From: Podarcis muralis
Taxonomy: Eukaryota
Length of the DNA stretch: 64,000 nucleotides
Direction: 5' to 3'
Assembly: GCF_964188315.1 (NCBI RefSeq)
Contig: NC_135655.1
Coordinates: 27,838,001 to 27,902,000, forward strand
Shown one piece after another: positions 36,742 to 49,190 of the stretch; within the stretch, counting starts at the first letter, position 1; the number at the start of each line of letters is the position of its first letter. The notes beneath the pieces were generated by a model. It was not told the DNA's origin. It worked only from the letters and a program-made list of their open reading frames with translations, and searched no databases. The translations under genes and the position numbers were made by a program.

Positions 36742-38007
36742 TCATGTGACATGACAGACAACCTAATTAACCATTTGTCAAAAGTGAACTAAATTGTGTC
36801 TTCGGTTTTCAGCTGGGTATAATTTGAGGGAGGTAAACTTTAAAAACAGACCTGAGTTTGGGCTGCGCAGGAAATGTTCCAAATCTGTCAAGTCCTTGAC
36901 ATTAAAATTGTGAAAAGGTTCAATTTTGTTCACTGAACCTAGCAGTTATTAGCAAGAATAGAATGGAGGGAAAGAGTGGCAGATTGTCGAAGGTATGAGG
37001 AAGGCAGCTCTCAATAACATTCTATTAACCTGTTTTTCCTTTCATTGGTCTGAAGTCTTTTGGGAACACCTACTGCTGGGTCCCCTTTCAGGTGACAATA
37101 TGTACATTCTTGGGATTTGCAGGAGGTGTGTGTAGACAGTTTGTGTGTTCAATGACCACATGAGGTGAGTGGAAGTAGGATCAGACCTTTTGGCCCTGAC
37201 CATTCACAAAGGTGCTCAGCATATCTTTGGGGTGGGGATGGGGGTGGGGGATTATCTGATAGGAGATTCTGTGAAAAGCAATGCCCTTGATTGCAGATAC
37301 AATCTACAACCCTGTTTCAGAACTTATATGCATGAAGGAGGAAGAGAGGGTGTAAACACATGTTATCCTGACCCTCGCTCTAGTACAGTGTGAACACCCC
37401 TGCCAGGACTGAGCCAGTCCAGAAGCCCCACTGGAATACTTGCCTGGAATGTAGGAACAGGACAGGCCTAGCACATGGTGTCACTGACAGATCACCCAAA
37501 GGCACTGACCTCAAAGTCCAACATTCCTCTGAAATGGAAGTATGCGGCTTGGTGGTGATCCACATGCTTTCATCCTGAAGGGCCTGGTCTCATGAGAGCA
37601 GCTTTACAACTATGGGAGCCTGTGGGGGAAAGGTTTATCATAACCTCCCTGTTCTTTTCTTTTTTTGTTTTTGTGGGGAGCCAGAACAAGCGATTACCAG
37701 CTGCCTGTTCTTTTGTTCAGCCAGAGAGTTCACAGCACTTTCTGTGTCCTCTCTTGGTGTACCTCGAAAGCTCTTCCTGTGATCTTGGTGCTCCTCCACC
37801 ATGTTTGTCCATCTTTTTTCATGCTTCCTTTCCCCACTCACTAAACATATTGAGCAACTGAGACCCTAAGTACCTGTGACATTGCTGTTTGATGTACCAT
37901 AAAAAACCGCAAAGAGCAACCGCTAGAAGGAAGAGGCAATAATGGTCAGGATTGCAGCGGGTGGGATGGGGGAGTTGGTACCAAGGAAGGACTTTATCAT
38001 AATGCAG

Positions 38008-38360
38008 GTAAAGGTAAAGGGACCCCTGACCATTAGGTCCAGTTGTAACCGACTCTGGGGTTGTGGCGCTCATCTCGCTTTATTGGCCGAGGGATCCGGC
38101 GTACAGCTTCCAGGTCATGTGGCCAGCATGACTACGCTGCTTCTGGCGAACCAGAGCAGCACACGGAAACACCGTTTACCTTCCCGCTGGAGTGGTACCT
38201 ATTTTTCTACTTGTACTTTGACATGCTTTCGAACTACTAGGTTGGCAGGAGCAGGGACCGAGCAATGGGAGCTCACCCCGTCGCAGGGATTTGAACCGCG
38301 ACCTTCTGATCGGCAAGTCCTAGGCTCTGTAGTTTGACCCACAGCGCCACCCGCATTCCT
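38008..38360 (-). mobile_element. Sauria SINE (subtype B)
   Basis: Full length; TSD TAATGCAG (38000-07, 38363-70). Confidence 0.96.
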
Positions 38361-39836
38361 CCTAATGCAGATAGTAGCTTCAAAAGCATGATTTTAATCA
38401 GGACTGCAGCAGGGGAGGAAAATGGTCAAATAATTATCCACCTCTCAACTACCAATGGATACTATCTGCAGTTTTAAAAACATGCACATTAAATATAAGC
38501 ACATATTTAATGGCACACTTGGTTTGTCTCTGATATGCCCAGTTTTTGTCCGAATGGAGGCAGGGCTTTCTTTCCTGTATGCTTCCCTTTCTGAAAAGCT
38601 ATCTACTTTCAATAGCATTCCATCTCTAATGGCATGGCATGTCCCCCTGTGCTTTCCACTCTCTTGTTGTTCTGCATTGTATCTGCTTGTGCCCTTGAGC
38701 TCTCAACCCCCCTGAGCAAGGAATTCCATTCTCTGCCTGCCTCTATTTATTGCAAGGCACTCTGCACATTGTTCTGGAACTCTATAAATGACAAAAATGC
38801 ACATAAGAAACTCAAGAGATGGGAGGAGATCATCCCAGGAAAGATGGTGAGTAAAATAAAGTCTTCCCAGGGCATTGATTTGAGGCAAGCTAAAATAAAA
38901 TAAAATAAATATAATTTTTAAAATGATGAGGTTCCCGGTAAGAGACAGGTTAATAAATCTGCCGGGAACTGTTGTTTGAACGGTGAGTAAGCAAAGCCAC
39001 TTGCTGAGGCAGGTTGGGTCTGGGATTTCATAGAATTTTTCTAAGAACTAAGGGTTTGCCTGCTGGGCAACAGGCGTGCTTGCCAGTCAAAGATCAGAAT
39101 GTCACAAAAGTTTAATCTGCCGTGCTTTACCTCCTGCCTCCCTTCCTATTCCTTTATTACTTCTGGTTAAAAAGAAGGAAATCATGTCTATTGACTGAGG
39201 GCTCATGGAATTTCTAGAACAAAGATTAGATTAGGCTGCTGAAATTTCAATGGCCAACTTTCTTTATTTTAAAAAAAGAACCTGAATGACATCAGCAAAG
39301 CTTGGGGGGGGGGACCCCATAATCTGCTACCGAAAACTTCCATTGGCTGCTGCGAGGCCTGTGTCATTTGACATGACGTATCTCTTTCGGTGGCTTTCCT
39401 TCCACACACTGCATCATCAGTCCCTTTCTTGGTATTGGAAATCCCTTCTTCGTGCCCAACAGCATTCCGGTTTAGCAATGCAGCGATCAGCAGTACATTT
39501 TACCGAGCTCCCAAGGGGGCAAGGACGAGGGCCATGGGTATTCAATGGGAGGAGAAAGAGACTGCAGCTGGGAAAGGGAGATGGAGTTGAGATGGAGGAG
39601 TTCGGGGAAAAGGTGAGCAGAAAGCAAGGTGGGTATATTTTCTTTTCCCCACCAAGGAATAATTAACATCACCCAAAACTCAAAATGTGGGAAATCGATG
39701 CGAAGAAACAAAGCACACATTGGTGTGGTGTTTAAAACAATGTATTACTTCAGGATCCCAAAGTAATCTCCAATAAATCCAGAGAGCTGCAGTAGGGAAC
39801 ATAGGAATCTGCCTTATGTCTTGCACTACTGTCTAC

Positions 39837-40440
39837 TAGGCCTGGGCGATATATCAATATATTGCCCAGGACCAGTATGATGGCCAGACCGCGATGGTGA
39901 TTTCACTCAGCGGTATATCACTAGTGAAACCACCACCACTGGTGAGTCCCTCCAGCGCCCAGCACGCCGCGGGAGAAACAAGCTTCAGCCACTCTCTGGA
40001 GGCAGAGGGACTCAGGAGCCATGGCAGTCTCACCAGCGATATACCACTGAGTGAAACCGCCATCATGGTCTGCCCCTCATCCCAGCACAGAGGGAGAGAC
40101 AAATTGTATACAGCTTGTTCCTCTGTTTCTTTAAACTGCTTGGCTGAGGAGCACGCGGCTGCCCTCACCTCAGTCCAGCAATTTTATGGAGTCCCCACCC
40201 CGCCAAAGGCTCCGTTAAACTGCTCCTGATCCCCAGCTGAGGGAGCCCCAATCCTGCCAGCATGCAGGCGGGAGAAGGATTCAGGTTCCCTCAGCTGGGG
40301 AGTGGGAGGTTTTTACGCTCCCTGGCTGAGGTGCACAAATAAGCCCCCATCCTTTCGGTATATGCACGTGCCAGTAGGATGGGAGGTTTGCTCAGCCAGG
40401 GGTTAAAGCCTTCACGCTCCCCGGCTGAGAGGCCGTGCCA
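39837..40440. mobile_element. GC-rich putative non-autonomous DNA transposon with internal inverted repeats
   Basis: Starts TAGGCCTGGGCGATATAT (hAT-like terminus); 41-bp and 14-bp internal inverted repeats; right end not found. Confidence 0.5.
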
Positions 40441-40449
40441 GTGAAGGCA

Positions 40450-40700
40450 AAGGGAGAACTGCTTTCTTTTATAAGTTCTGAATCTTCCAACATTCAACCT
40501 CATTGGATGGCCATGAATTCTAGTGTTATTATGTCACAGGGAGAAAAACCTTTCTCTATCCGCTGTCATTCATAATTATATAAACTTCTGCCACCTCTTA
40601 TTCACCCTTTCTCTAAACTAAAAAGTCCACAAACATTGCAACCCTTGATCATTTTGTTTGCCCTTTTCCGAACCTTTCCCAACTCCATAATACTTTCTGA
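40450..40700 (-). mobile_element. CR1 LINE ORF2 C-terminal fragment
   Basis: Minus ORF MRLNVGRFRTYKRKQF resembles the CR1 ORF2 C-terminal GRFRTDKRKYFFT motif. Confidence 0.7.
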
Positions 40701-41482
40701 GTGAGAGTTATTTCCCTTGGTCTGATCCCATGCTGCTTTGATACCATCGGCAAGAAAGGACCACACCATTTAGCAGATAATGTGGTTCTTTCTTGCAGAT
40801 GTTCCTGGAGCACCATGAGGTCAGATGGTGGTTTAGTGTGTCTAGAGCTGCTCTCGTTGCATATGTATTGGACCTTTGTGATGTGGTACATACAGTAAAT
40901 GGTCACCAAACCACAAATACAGTTTGCTTCCTTAACCTTCCTTTCTGACTCATTTCCTAGAGAAACAATTGGTTGCTGACGGAAATATATTCCCCACATA
41001 ACCACTGCTCCTGTGAGCTAGAGAGGGGAAGTTGGCCAGTGGTGGTAGGAAGTGCAAGGAAATAATATTTCTGTTGAGAAATGTATGGGAATTCTTGGTT
41101 GGATTGGAAGCGGGTTTGAAATCTGAGCTGTAGGCTGCTTTTTATGGGCCAAATGACACTTCAGTTGGGTGGTTTGATCTCACTATGCTTTATTTTCATT
41201 AATGAAATGCAGTCACAGTGGGCTGCCAACTGGATCAGAACTGTCATCCGGGGGGGGGGGAGTGTTTAACCCTTTCCTCCATGGTCATTTTCCCTATCAA
41301 AATCCTCCATTGATTATGGAAATGAAATGGCAAGGTTTTCTTTCCCTCTCTACAACTACTCTGGTCAAATGGTTAGCCCCAAGTCACCTCAGCTGGTGCA
41401 CGGCACTTTGCAAAAAGAAAACGATGGGAAAGCCAATGATGGATCTCTCACAGAACATGTATTTTGGACCTCCATTATGATA

Positions 41483-41849
41483 AGGTAAAGGTAAAGGCAA
41501 AGGTACCCCTGCCCATACGGGCCAGTCTTGCCAGACTCTAGGGTTGTGCGCTCATCTCACTCTATAGGCCGGGAGCCAGCGCTGTCCGCAGACACTTCCG
41601 GGTCATGTGGCCAGCGTGTCAAGCTGCATCTGGCGAGCCAGCGCAGCACACAGAACGCCGTTTACCTTCCCGCTGGTAAGCAGTCCCTATTTATCTACTT
41701 GCACCCGAAGGTGCTTTCGAACTGCTAGGTTGGCAGGCACTGGGACCGAACGACGGGAGCGCACCCCGCCGCAGGGATTCGAACCGCCAAACTTTCGATC
41801 GGCAAGTCCTAGGCGCTGAGGCTTTAACCCACAGCGCCACCCGCGTCCC
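41483..41849 (-). mobile_element. Sauria SINE (subtype A)
   Basis: Full length; 12-bp TSD TCCATTATGATA (41471-82, 41853-64). Confidence 0.97.
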
Positions 41850-42849
41850 GTGTCCATTATGATAGAAACACTGTTTAATTGCATTAACAAAAACATTGGC
41901 TCATAAAAGAGCATTTGCTTGAGGATCCGCTTTCTGGGTTGGTATCTTCCTAACCACTTCTCTCTTCTTCCACACAACTGCTTTCATCCTTTCACTTTCT
42001 GGTATCACTTGAGAGTCAGCAGTTGATTCTGAATTCACCAACCCCTCTGCCCCATGCAGCGATCAATTCTTCTGCCTTCAGGCTAGGGAAGGGGGGTTCT
42101 TGGCAACCTGCCATTGAATGGACCACTCTCGAAGGGCATGTAGCCTGGCACTGACTGCTCTGCCTAGCAGGGGATCCCCAGCAGGAATGGCCCAAACTTG
42201 CCACTGTCACCCAGACCCCTCGCCATCCCAGTATGGAAGAATGACGCTGTTGCTGGAAGGCCAGTGGTTTATCCAGTGCAGTGCCAAGCCACCTATTGAG
42301 TTAGTGCAAGGATATCTGCTTGCACAACAAAAAATCCCCCCTCTCCCTGCTGCTGTTGTGTGGTTTTCACAGATGATAAGTTTATTTGCACACATCTCAA
42401 GTTTTCACCACTGTCTGGCGTGAATTGAAAATTTACTGTCGGACAAACCCCAGCGTGAGCCTCTGTGCATCTCCACATCTCGGTGGGGAAGTTTCTGTCA
42501 GTAAGAGACTTTGGGCAGCTTGTCAGCTGTTACTGATCTTCTGTGTAAGAAACCATTGAAAAGCTTTGAAGGAAATCCAGAGTTCCTTGATATGTCATTT
42601 GAAAACCATACCCCAGTGATAATAGCATGTGAATGACTCAAAAGAGGGCATTTTGGGTTGGCAAAAGTTGGCTTTAGCTGCACCTATCTGGGTTCTAATA
42701 TCCCAGTGACTTTCATCCAAGAGGACACTAAGCTGCCTTCCCAAGTTGTGCTCTTATGAGCAAGGCACTGTGAATACAAAATGCTTCCTTTATTTTCTGC
42801 TCAGTAGAGCTTCCTGTACAGTACAATGAGGTAGAGTTGTTTGCAATAA

Positions 42850-43150
42850 AGGACTGGTGTTGCATGTCGAGTCCTGTGCCCCGTTCCGTTGCTGTCACAC
42901 ACACGTAACTTGCCACATCTCACTGCATTTCATTAACCGTGTTCCTGGAAGTCGTGGCCGCTGTGTAAACAGTTAAGCTTCGAGAATACACTCCTTGGTG
43001 ATGTAATCTGCTTATTTACAACATCTGTCCAGGCATCCCTTGATAACTCGGTTAAAATGGCAATGGTAGTTACATAAGTCCGTTCTGCTCGTATACAGAT
43101 TCTTGGATGATATCACGAAATGCACCAGCCTGTCTTGCAGGGCATAGAAA
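42850..43150. promoter_or_regulatory. Candidate conserved regulatory element
   Basis: No recognised repeat, about 12 CpGs; TTCCTGGAA, TGTAAACA and GTTACATAA motifs. Confidence 0.3.
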
Positions 43151-43419
43151 CAGCTTGTACATTCCCTTGAAGGACTGGCTATATGGGAGACACAGAGTTT
43201 AAATGTTTTTCAGACATAAAAATAACTTATGGGTTTGAAGAGATATGGCAAAGGTTTTCAAGGTTGCACATAATAAGGTACAGAAATGTGGAAATGATTA
43301 TTTTAAGAGGCAGACCAAACAATGCCATGCTACTGCATGCAACCTTTCGCTGACATTTTATTTTATTTTAAAAGCAGAAGTAGTTTCTGAAGACTGCATA
43401 GGTCAGTGATGAGGTAGGT

Positions 43420-43550
43420 AGCTGGTCTCAGGTTCAGTCCTTGGCCTCTCCTAAAAGGGTCTTTGCCTGAGACCTTGGAGAATGCCTGCTAGTCTTAGAT
43501 AGCAGGAGTGGTCCAAATGAACCCACTACTCAGTATATGGCTACTTGAGA
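43420..43550 (+). mobile_element. Old tRNA-derived SINE (Squam2-like, tentative)
   Basis: CAGGTTCAGTCCTTGGC..GCCTGAGACCTTGGAGAATGCCTGCTAGTC. Confidence 0.5.
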
Positions 43551-44699
43551 AATCCTTGAAAAAGAGGGCAAAGTTTTCAAAGTTTTCTGGGGTTCATGGG
43601 TACTGCTTAATGTTCCAGCCACATTTTTCCTGTACAGGAAATATGCCATTATAAAATGCTGGCTTTAGCAATTAAAGTAATGTCTATAACTGAGATCCAG
43701 GCTTGTTGGAATACCTATTCTCAGTACCCACTGAGAAATGGAAATGTGTTTTCCCCCGAGGAAGGGAAGAATGGTTAACTCAAAGGTCTTTTATATTTTA
43801 GGAGAAATAAGTTGATGCGTATTGGGCAATGGAGTTCATCAGTAGAAAGCTGAAACTCATCTGATGCTATCCATGAAATGCCCCAACAATTTCAGAGCAA
43901 AAACATCACCTGATTGCTGCCGCTGACAATGTCTCCATGTAAATGGAAACCGAAGCATCTTCAGGCTTCAATGAATTGAAGTGATTTAACTAATAAACTA
44001 GAGTTAGGTTTGACAGAACAATGCTGGCAATGATCGGTGAATCAAGCCAGAGCTCCTGAGTAAGGGAGGGGGAAAATAAAAGAGTTTCATTCATTAGCTG
44101 TAAGTTATTGTCAGTACCCAAGTCCCGACTGGTAGAAATAACCTCAGCACAATAAGATGCAGTATATTCATTGGAAATAAATTCAGTGCTCTGAGAAGAT
44201 GAAGTGAATAGGGAAGTTACCTATTGGGAGGAGTCTGTATGAGTGATCCAAATCTGGAACTTAATGAGCCCCCAGGAGATTATGGAAAAATAAAGAACCA
44301 CAAGAAGCATTTGATAAAACTAAGGTTGCAGTCATGCTTTGTATGCAGTTACTTGGTCCATCCACCTGGATGGCACTGGTCAGGTTGTCATCTGGCTTGG
44401 AGGGTGGGGAAGACTCATGATTTAAGACGCATTGCTACAATAATGCTACAATATTCATGCATACTTCCCAGGGGTATGGAGTCACATCACATGGAAGCGG
44501 CGATCCCACTTCTGGGTACATGTGTGTGAAGGCTCTATGTTCAGGGTGGAACATGAATCCTTGCATGTGTGAGTTTACAGTGTTCCTGTATGGCCTATGT
44601 TAACCTTGCGAATATGTAGGGGACCTGTATCTTTCAGGCGCCTGTGGTGCCGAAATGGTACATCTGATCCCCTAAATAAGAGCAGTGTGGTTGTGAGCA

Positions 44700-44810
44700 T
44701 GAGTCTGTGCAGATTATAAATAGCACGGCTCATGAAACTGAAGCAAAAATAATCATTTTTTTTTAAAAAAATTGCAATTATTTTTCCAGCTGGAAAAATA
44801 GAGGCACATA
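44700..44810. promoter_or_regulatory. Candidate MEF2 + NFAT/E-box module
   Basis: TTATAAATAG (44714-23); perfect palindrome TATTTTTCCAGCTGGAAAAATA (44779-44800). Confidence 0.3.
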
Positions 44811-45255
44811 GAATGTGCTTGGTAAGGTTGATCAGTTTCAAATGACACCGTAAGTCAGCGAAGAATGAACAATAGAACTTCTGAGACTTGTTCTTAGACA
44901 CCATTGTGCAATAATTACCTGCTTATTTACTGTAAGTTTAAGCTCAGAGCGTCACTTAAAGCTTTACATCTCCCGCGCTGCCAAAATACATGCATGACAG
45001 AAATAAACTAAAACATCATATCCATCCATCCCTGCAAACTAGCTTTAGCAAAACAAAGACCAAGTTGTATACGGCTTCCATGGGCACACCCTGGAGACTC
45101 AATATAGCCATTGTGGGTTTGGCACATTCACTTCCCCGGTGTATTTCACATTCCCAGCTGGAGCGCATGCTGACACCTCTGGGTAACATCAGCCTCCAGA
45201 ATGAAGGCACATGATGCAGTTTTGCTGCAGAAGAAGCTAAGAAGGTTTGTTAAAT

Positions 45256-45504
45256 GAAGAAGAGAAGAAGAGTTTGGATTTGATATCCCGCTTTATCACT
45301 ACCTGAAGGAGTCTCAAAGCGGCTAACATTCTCCTTCCCCTTCCTCCCCCACAACAAACACTCTGTGAGGTGAGTGAGGCTGAGAGACTTCAGAGAAGTG
45401 TGACTGGCCCAAGGTCACCCAGCAGCTGCATGTGGAGGAGCGGGGAACCAAACCCGGTTCACCAGATTACGAGTCCACCGCTCTGAACCACTACACCACA
45501 CTGG
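45256..45504 (-). mobile_element. tRNA-CORE SINE (MIR/Ther1 lineage, Squam3-like) with (CTT)n tail
   Basis: Reverse complement: box A TGGTGTAGTGG, box B-like GGTTTGGTTCC, CORE GGGTGACCTTGGGCCAGTCAC, tail CTCTTCTTC. Confidence 0.88.
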
Positions 45505-45511
45505 ATCTTGC

Positions 45512-45741
45512 CAGTGGTACCTCGGGTTAAGAAATTACCGTAATTCGTTCTGGAGGTCCGTTCTTAACCTGAAAGTGTTCTTAACCTGAGGTACCACTTT
45601 AGCTAATGGGGCCTCCTGCTGCCGCTGTGCGATTTCTGTCCTGAAGCAAAATTCTTAACCCGAGGCACTATTTCTGGGTTAGCGGAGTCTGCAACCTGAA
45701 GCATCTGTAACCTGAAGCATCTGTAACCCAAGGTAACCCTG
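45512..45741. mobile_element. Tigger-like MITE (CAGTGGTACCTC family)
   Basis: CAGTGGTACCTCGGGTTAAG...TAACCCAAGGTAACCCTG+TA; body as 32173-32404. Confidence 0.92.
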
Positions 45742-46383
45742 TATATGCAAGCCACTCTGCAAGCTGAGTGTAATATTTCTTTGGTTAAAAAAAATAAAAT
45801 CCTAATTTTTTGTATATGCCGTTGCATTCCAGCTCTTTGTTTATTTGTACGTCATTACCTTGGGTGTTTGTGTAACAAAAGAGGATTTTTTTCTGCTCCT
45901 TATGGGTTCATCAGCAGCTGGCGCAACAGTCACATTCCTTTCAGTAACACATCATACTTTGTTGCTGTGGATACCGTTGTGATGCTGCAAACAAAGGATT
46001 AGAAAACAACATAGTATTCCCTCTCCCTTTGACCAAAGGTTCTGCTTCCGTAACATATTAGCAAGATGAACACATGGCCTCACAGAAAGAGCCTCTGGAG
46101 GCTGACCATTCCATAAGGCTTTGCTTTTTTGTAATTCTGGCTTATCTAAAATTGCTAATGGGACATTGGAGCCCTATTTTCATCAGGTCTTTGGATTTCT
46201 GTAACGCTTTGGGGGCACCCATAGAGCTATAATGCTAAAAGGAAGCGATATAACTTTATGTTTCTGGTTGCAGAAGTTAATAGGCAATTGTAAAATCAGT
46301 CCTTTCAGCAGAATCTGAATCAGAATGTTCAGGCATAAGTAAGGTCAACATATTCCTAGTAGTTTTAATCTGAACATCTAGGG

Positions 46384-46660
46384 CAGGGGTCGGCAAGGCT
46401 TACCGGGCATGGGCCGGATCACTCCTGCGGAGATCCAGTGCAGTGCGACACCAGAAATTGCTTCTGCGCATGCCCAGATGCAGGAAATCGCACCTGCGCA
46501 GAAGTGATTTTCGGCGTCTGGGCATGCGCAAAAGCGATTTCCGGAGCCATGGAAGAGAGTCCCCACGCCGCACTGCACCGGTTTAGCGCAGCGCATGGGG
46601 ACCTGCCGAGCAGGCAGCACGGTTCAGTGGTGGCTCATGGGCCGGTTAAGCCAACCTCTG
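46384..46660. mobile_element. hAT non-autonomous element
   Basis: Perfect 8-bp TSD ATCTAGGG; TIRs CAGGGGTCGGC / GCCAACCTCTG; internal inverted TGCGCATGCCCAGA. Confidence 0.9.
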
Positions 46661-47216
46661 ATCTAGGGGAAAGAAAAACCAGTATTTGTCTGGTGCACAA
46701 TGCTTGGCCTGAGAAAACCACTGGAGTAAGACCCTGAAACAAATCACACAGTCACAAAACTGCACTTATTTTCAATCTGTATAGCCACTGTTGCCAATCC
46801 AGGTGGAATGTTCAAGCAAACAGATTGAGCATGCACAAAAGAGTGCATGTTGATGCCCAGACCATGAAAATGAACTTGCTTTATTGTGAATTAGTTTGGA
46901 ATCTTCGTTTGAGCTGGATCATTCAAGGGACAAACATCCAAGTAGGACTTTATCCACCACGATGCAATGCTACCCACCCCTAACTTGGACAGCCACTCCA
47001 GAAGCATAGCATGATCAATGGCATTGAAAGCCGCTGAGAGGTTGAGGAGAATTAACGGGGGCAACTTTCCCCTGTCTCTCTACCGACAGAGGTCATCATA
47101 CAGGGTGACAAAAGCAGTTTCTGTGCCCAAACCAAGCCTCAACCCTGATATAGAGCTTGCACCAGGCAATCTGATCTGCAAGCTTAAGGTCCCAGTATAT
47201 TATTAGAGTAGATCAC

Positions 47217-47577
47217 TGAGCCTCTTGGGCTATCTGATCAGAAGATCAGCGGTTCGAATTCCTGCAACGGAGTGAGCTCCCGTTGCTCTGTCCCAGCTCC
47301 TGCCAACCTAGCAGTTCAAAAGCATGCCAGTGCAAGTAGATAAATAGGTACTGCTGCGGTGGGAAGGTCAGCGGCATTTCCATGCACTCTGGCACTGGTC
47401 ATGGTTCTCTGTGCGCCAGTAGCGGTTTAGTTATGCTGGCCACATGACCCGGAAAGCTGTCTGTGGACAAATGCTGGCTCCCTTGGCCTAAAAGCGAGAT
47501 GAGTGCCGCAACCCCATAGTTGCCTTTGACTGGACTTTACCGTCCAGGGGTCCTTTAACTTTACTTTTACCTTACCT
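47217..47577 (+). mobile_element. Sauria SINE (subtype C, older), 5'-truncated
   Basis: 14-bp TSD TTAGAGTAGATCAC (47203-16, 47578-91); subtype-specific GCTGTCTGTGGACAAA. Confidence 0.94.
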
Positions 47578-47719
47578 TTAGAGTAGATCACCCAGTGTGG
47601 GATCAATATACCCTAGCATTATATAAAACTGTCTAAAGTACCAGTTGATCTTAAAATGAGAAAAGGTGCAGTATGGGCAAAGGGGAAGGTGTTAGACTGG
47701 CCAGGAGGAGGAGCCTCAG

Positions 47720-47852
47720 TGCTCTGCATCAGACTCTCCTCCCTTGGAGGTTTTTAAGCAGAGGTTACATGGTCTTCTGTCCTGGATACTTTAGTTGAGA
47801 TTCCTGCATTGCAGCATGTTGGACCAGGTCATTCTTGTGGTCCCTTCCAACT
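47720..47852 (+). mobile_element. CR1 LINE 3' end
   Basis: TTGGAGGTTTTTAAGCAGAGG..TTCCTGCATTGCAG..GGTCCCTTCCAACTCTATGATTCTA. Confidence 0.85.
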
Positions 47853-48831
47853 CTATGATTCTAATGGGCTCCTGAATTGGCAAACCCTTAGCTTGTCGTT
47901 GTTTAGTCGTGTCCAGCTAGAATGCTGTCAAGGCCACCGCCATGGCAGAACTGCCTTTGCTTATTTTCCTACCAGTGTTGAACATTTGCAAAGCATTTCA
48001 GACTTCAGGGAAGAAAAATGGGGGGGGGGGACCAACATCTATAGCTCAGGACAGATCAAAGATTTGTTTTCACAAAGGTCAGATTTTCCATGTCAGGTTC
48101 ATGAACTCTATGAAATAACCTGAGGCTTTGGGATCAAAAAGAGCGAAAAGATGGGAAGGTATTGAAAGAACACATTGTCCACAAGATCAAGACCTCTCAC
48201 TGGGCTCTGGTCTTCTGGCTTTGCCCTGCTGAGCAATCTGAGAATGGGCTTTTGAGCGACATTTAATCAGTTTGACTTACAGGAATGTCACAAAAGAAAG
48301 AAAGTTGTTTCTCAAAAGTTGGAAGTCTGAGAAAGGTCAAAGATCTCCTTGTCTAATTGCATGTCAAGTATTTTGGGGTGGGTGGGGGTGGGGGGCTTTA
48401 TGCATGGAATTTTGGAAGAAAGCACATCGCACAACAATATCACTAGAAATATTTCTTTTTAAACCCTTATTATAATCATATATCATGGAAGCACTTATGG
48501 AATAACTTGTGTAAAACACTCTTAAGGAAAAGTTCATTCATTTGAAAGCTTGGAGATATGTCACACACACACACGTGTGTAACAAACTACAAGGCTAACA
48601 TAAAATCAGTTTATATTCAAAGGAGCTAAAACAAACTCAGTAATTGAGATTGGCTTTCATCGTATGCAAAATTATTGCTCCAAAAAGTAAGAAGTAGATT
48701 TACAATTGCCCATATATAGCTTTGCACTGTAATGTTTCCCACAATTTTCGTGATCACTGCCACTCATGTGACAAATGTGGTATCCCAGTACACAGTTCTT
48801 TCCTCCTATTTGAAATTTAGTGCAACATAGT

Positions 48832-49190
48832 GGTAAAGGTAAAGGGGTAATGGGGACCCCTGACCATTAGGTCCAGTCATGACCGACTCTGGGGTTGTGG
48901 TGCTCATCTCGCTTTATTGGCTGAGGGAGCCGGTGTACAGCTTCCAGGTCATGTGGCCAGTATGACTAAGCCGCTTCTGGCAAACCAGAGCAGCGCACAG
49001 AAATGCCGTTTACCTTCCCACTGGAGCAGTACCTATTTATCTACTTGCACTTTGACGTGCTTTCGAACTGCTAGGTTGGCAGGAGCTGGGACCAAGCAAC
49101 GGGAGCTCACCCCATCGCGGGGATTCGAACCGCCGACCTTCTGATCGGCAAGTCCTAGGCTCTGTGGTTTAACCCACAGAGCCACCCACA
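48832..49190 (-). mobile_element. Sauria SINE (subtype B)
   Basis: Full-length reverse complement of the core and tail. Confidence 0.95.
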
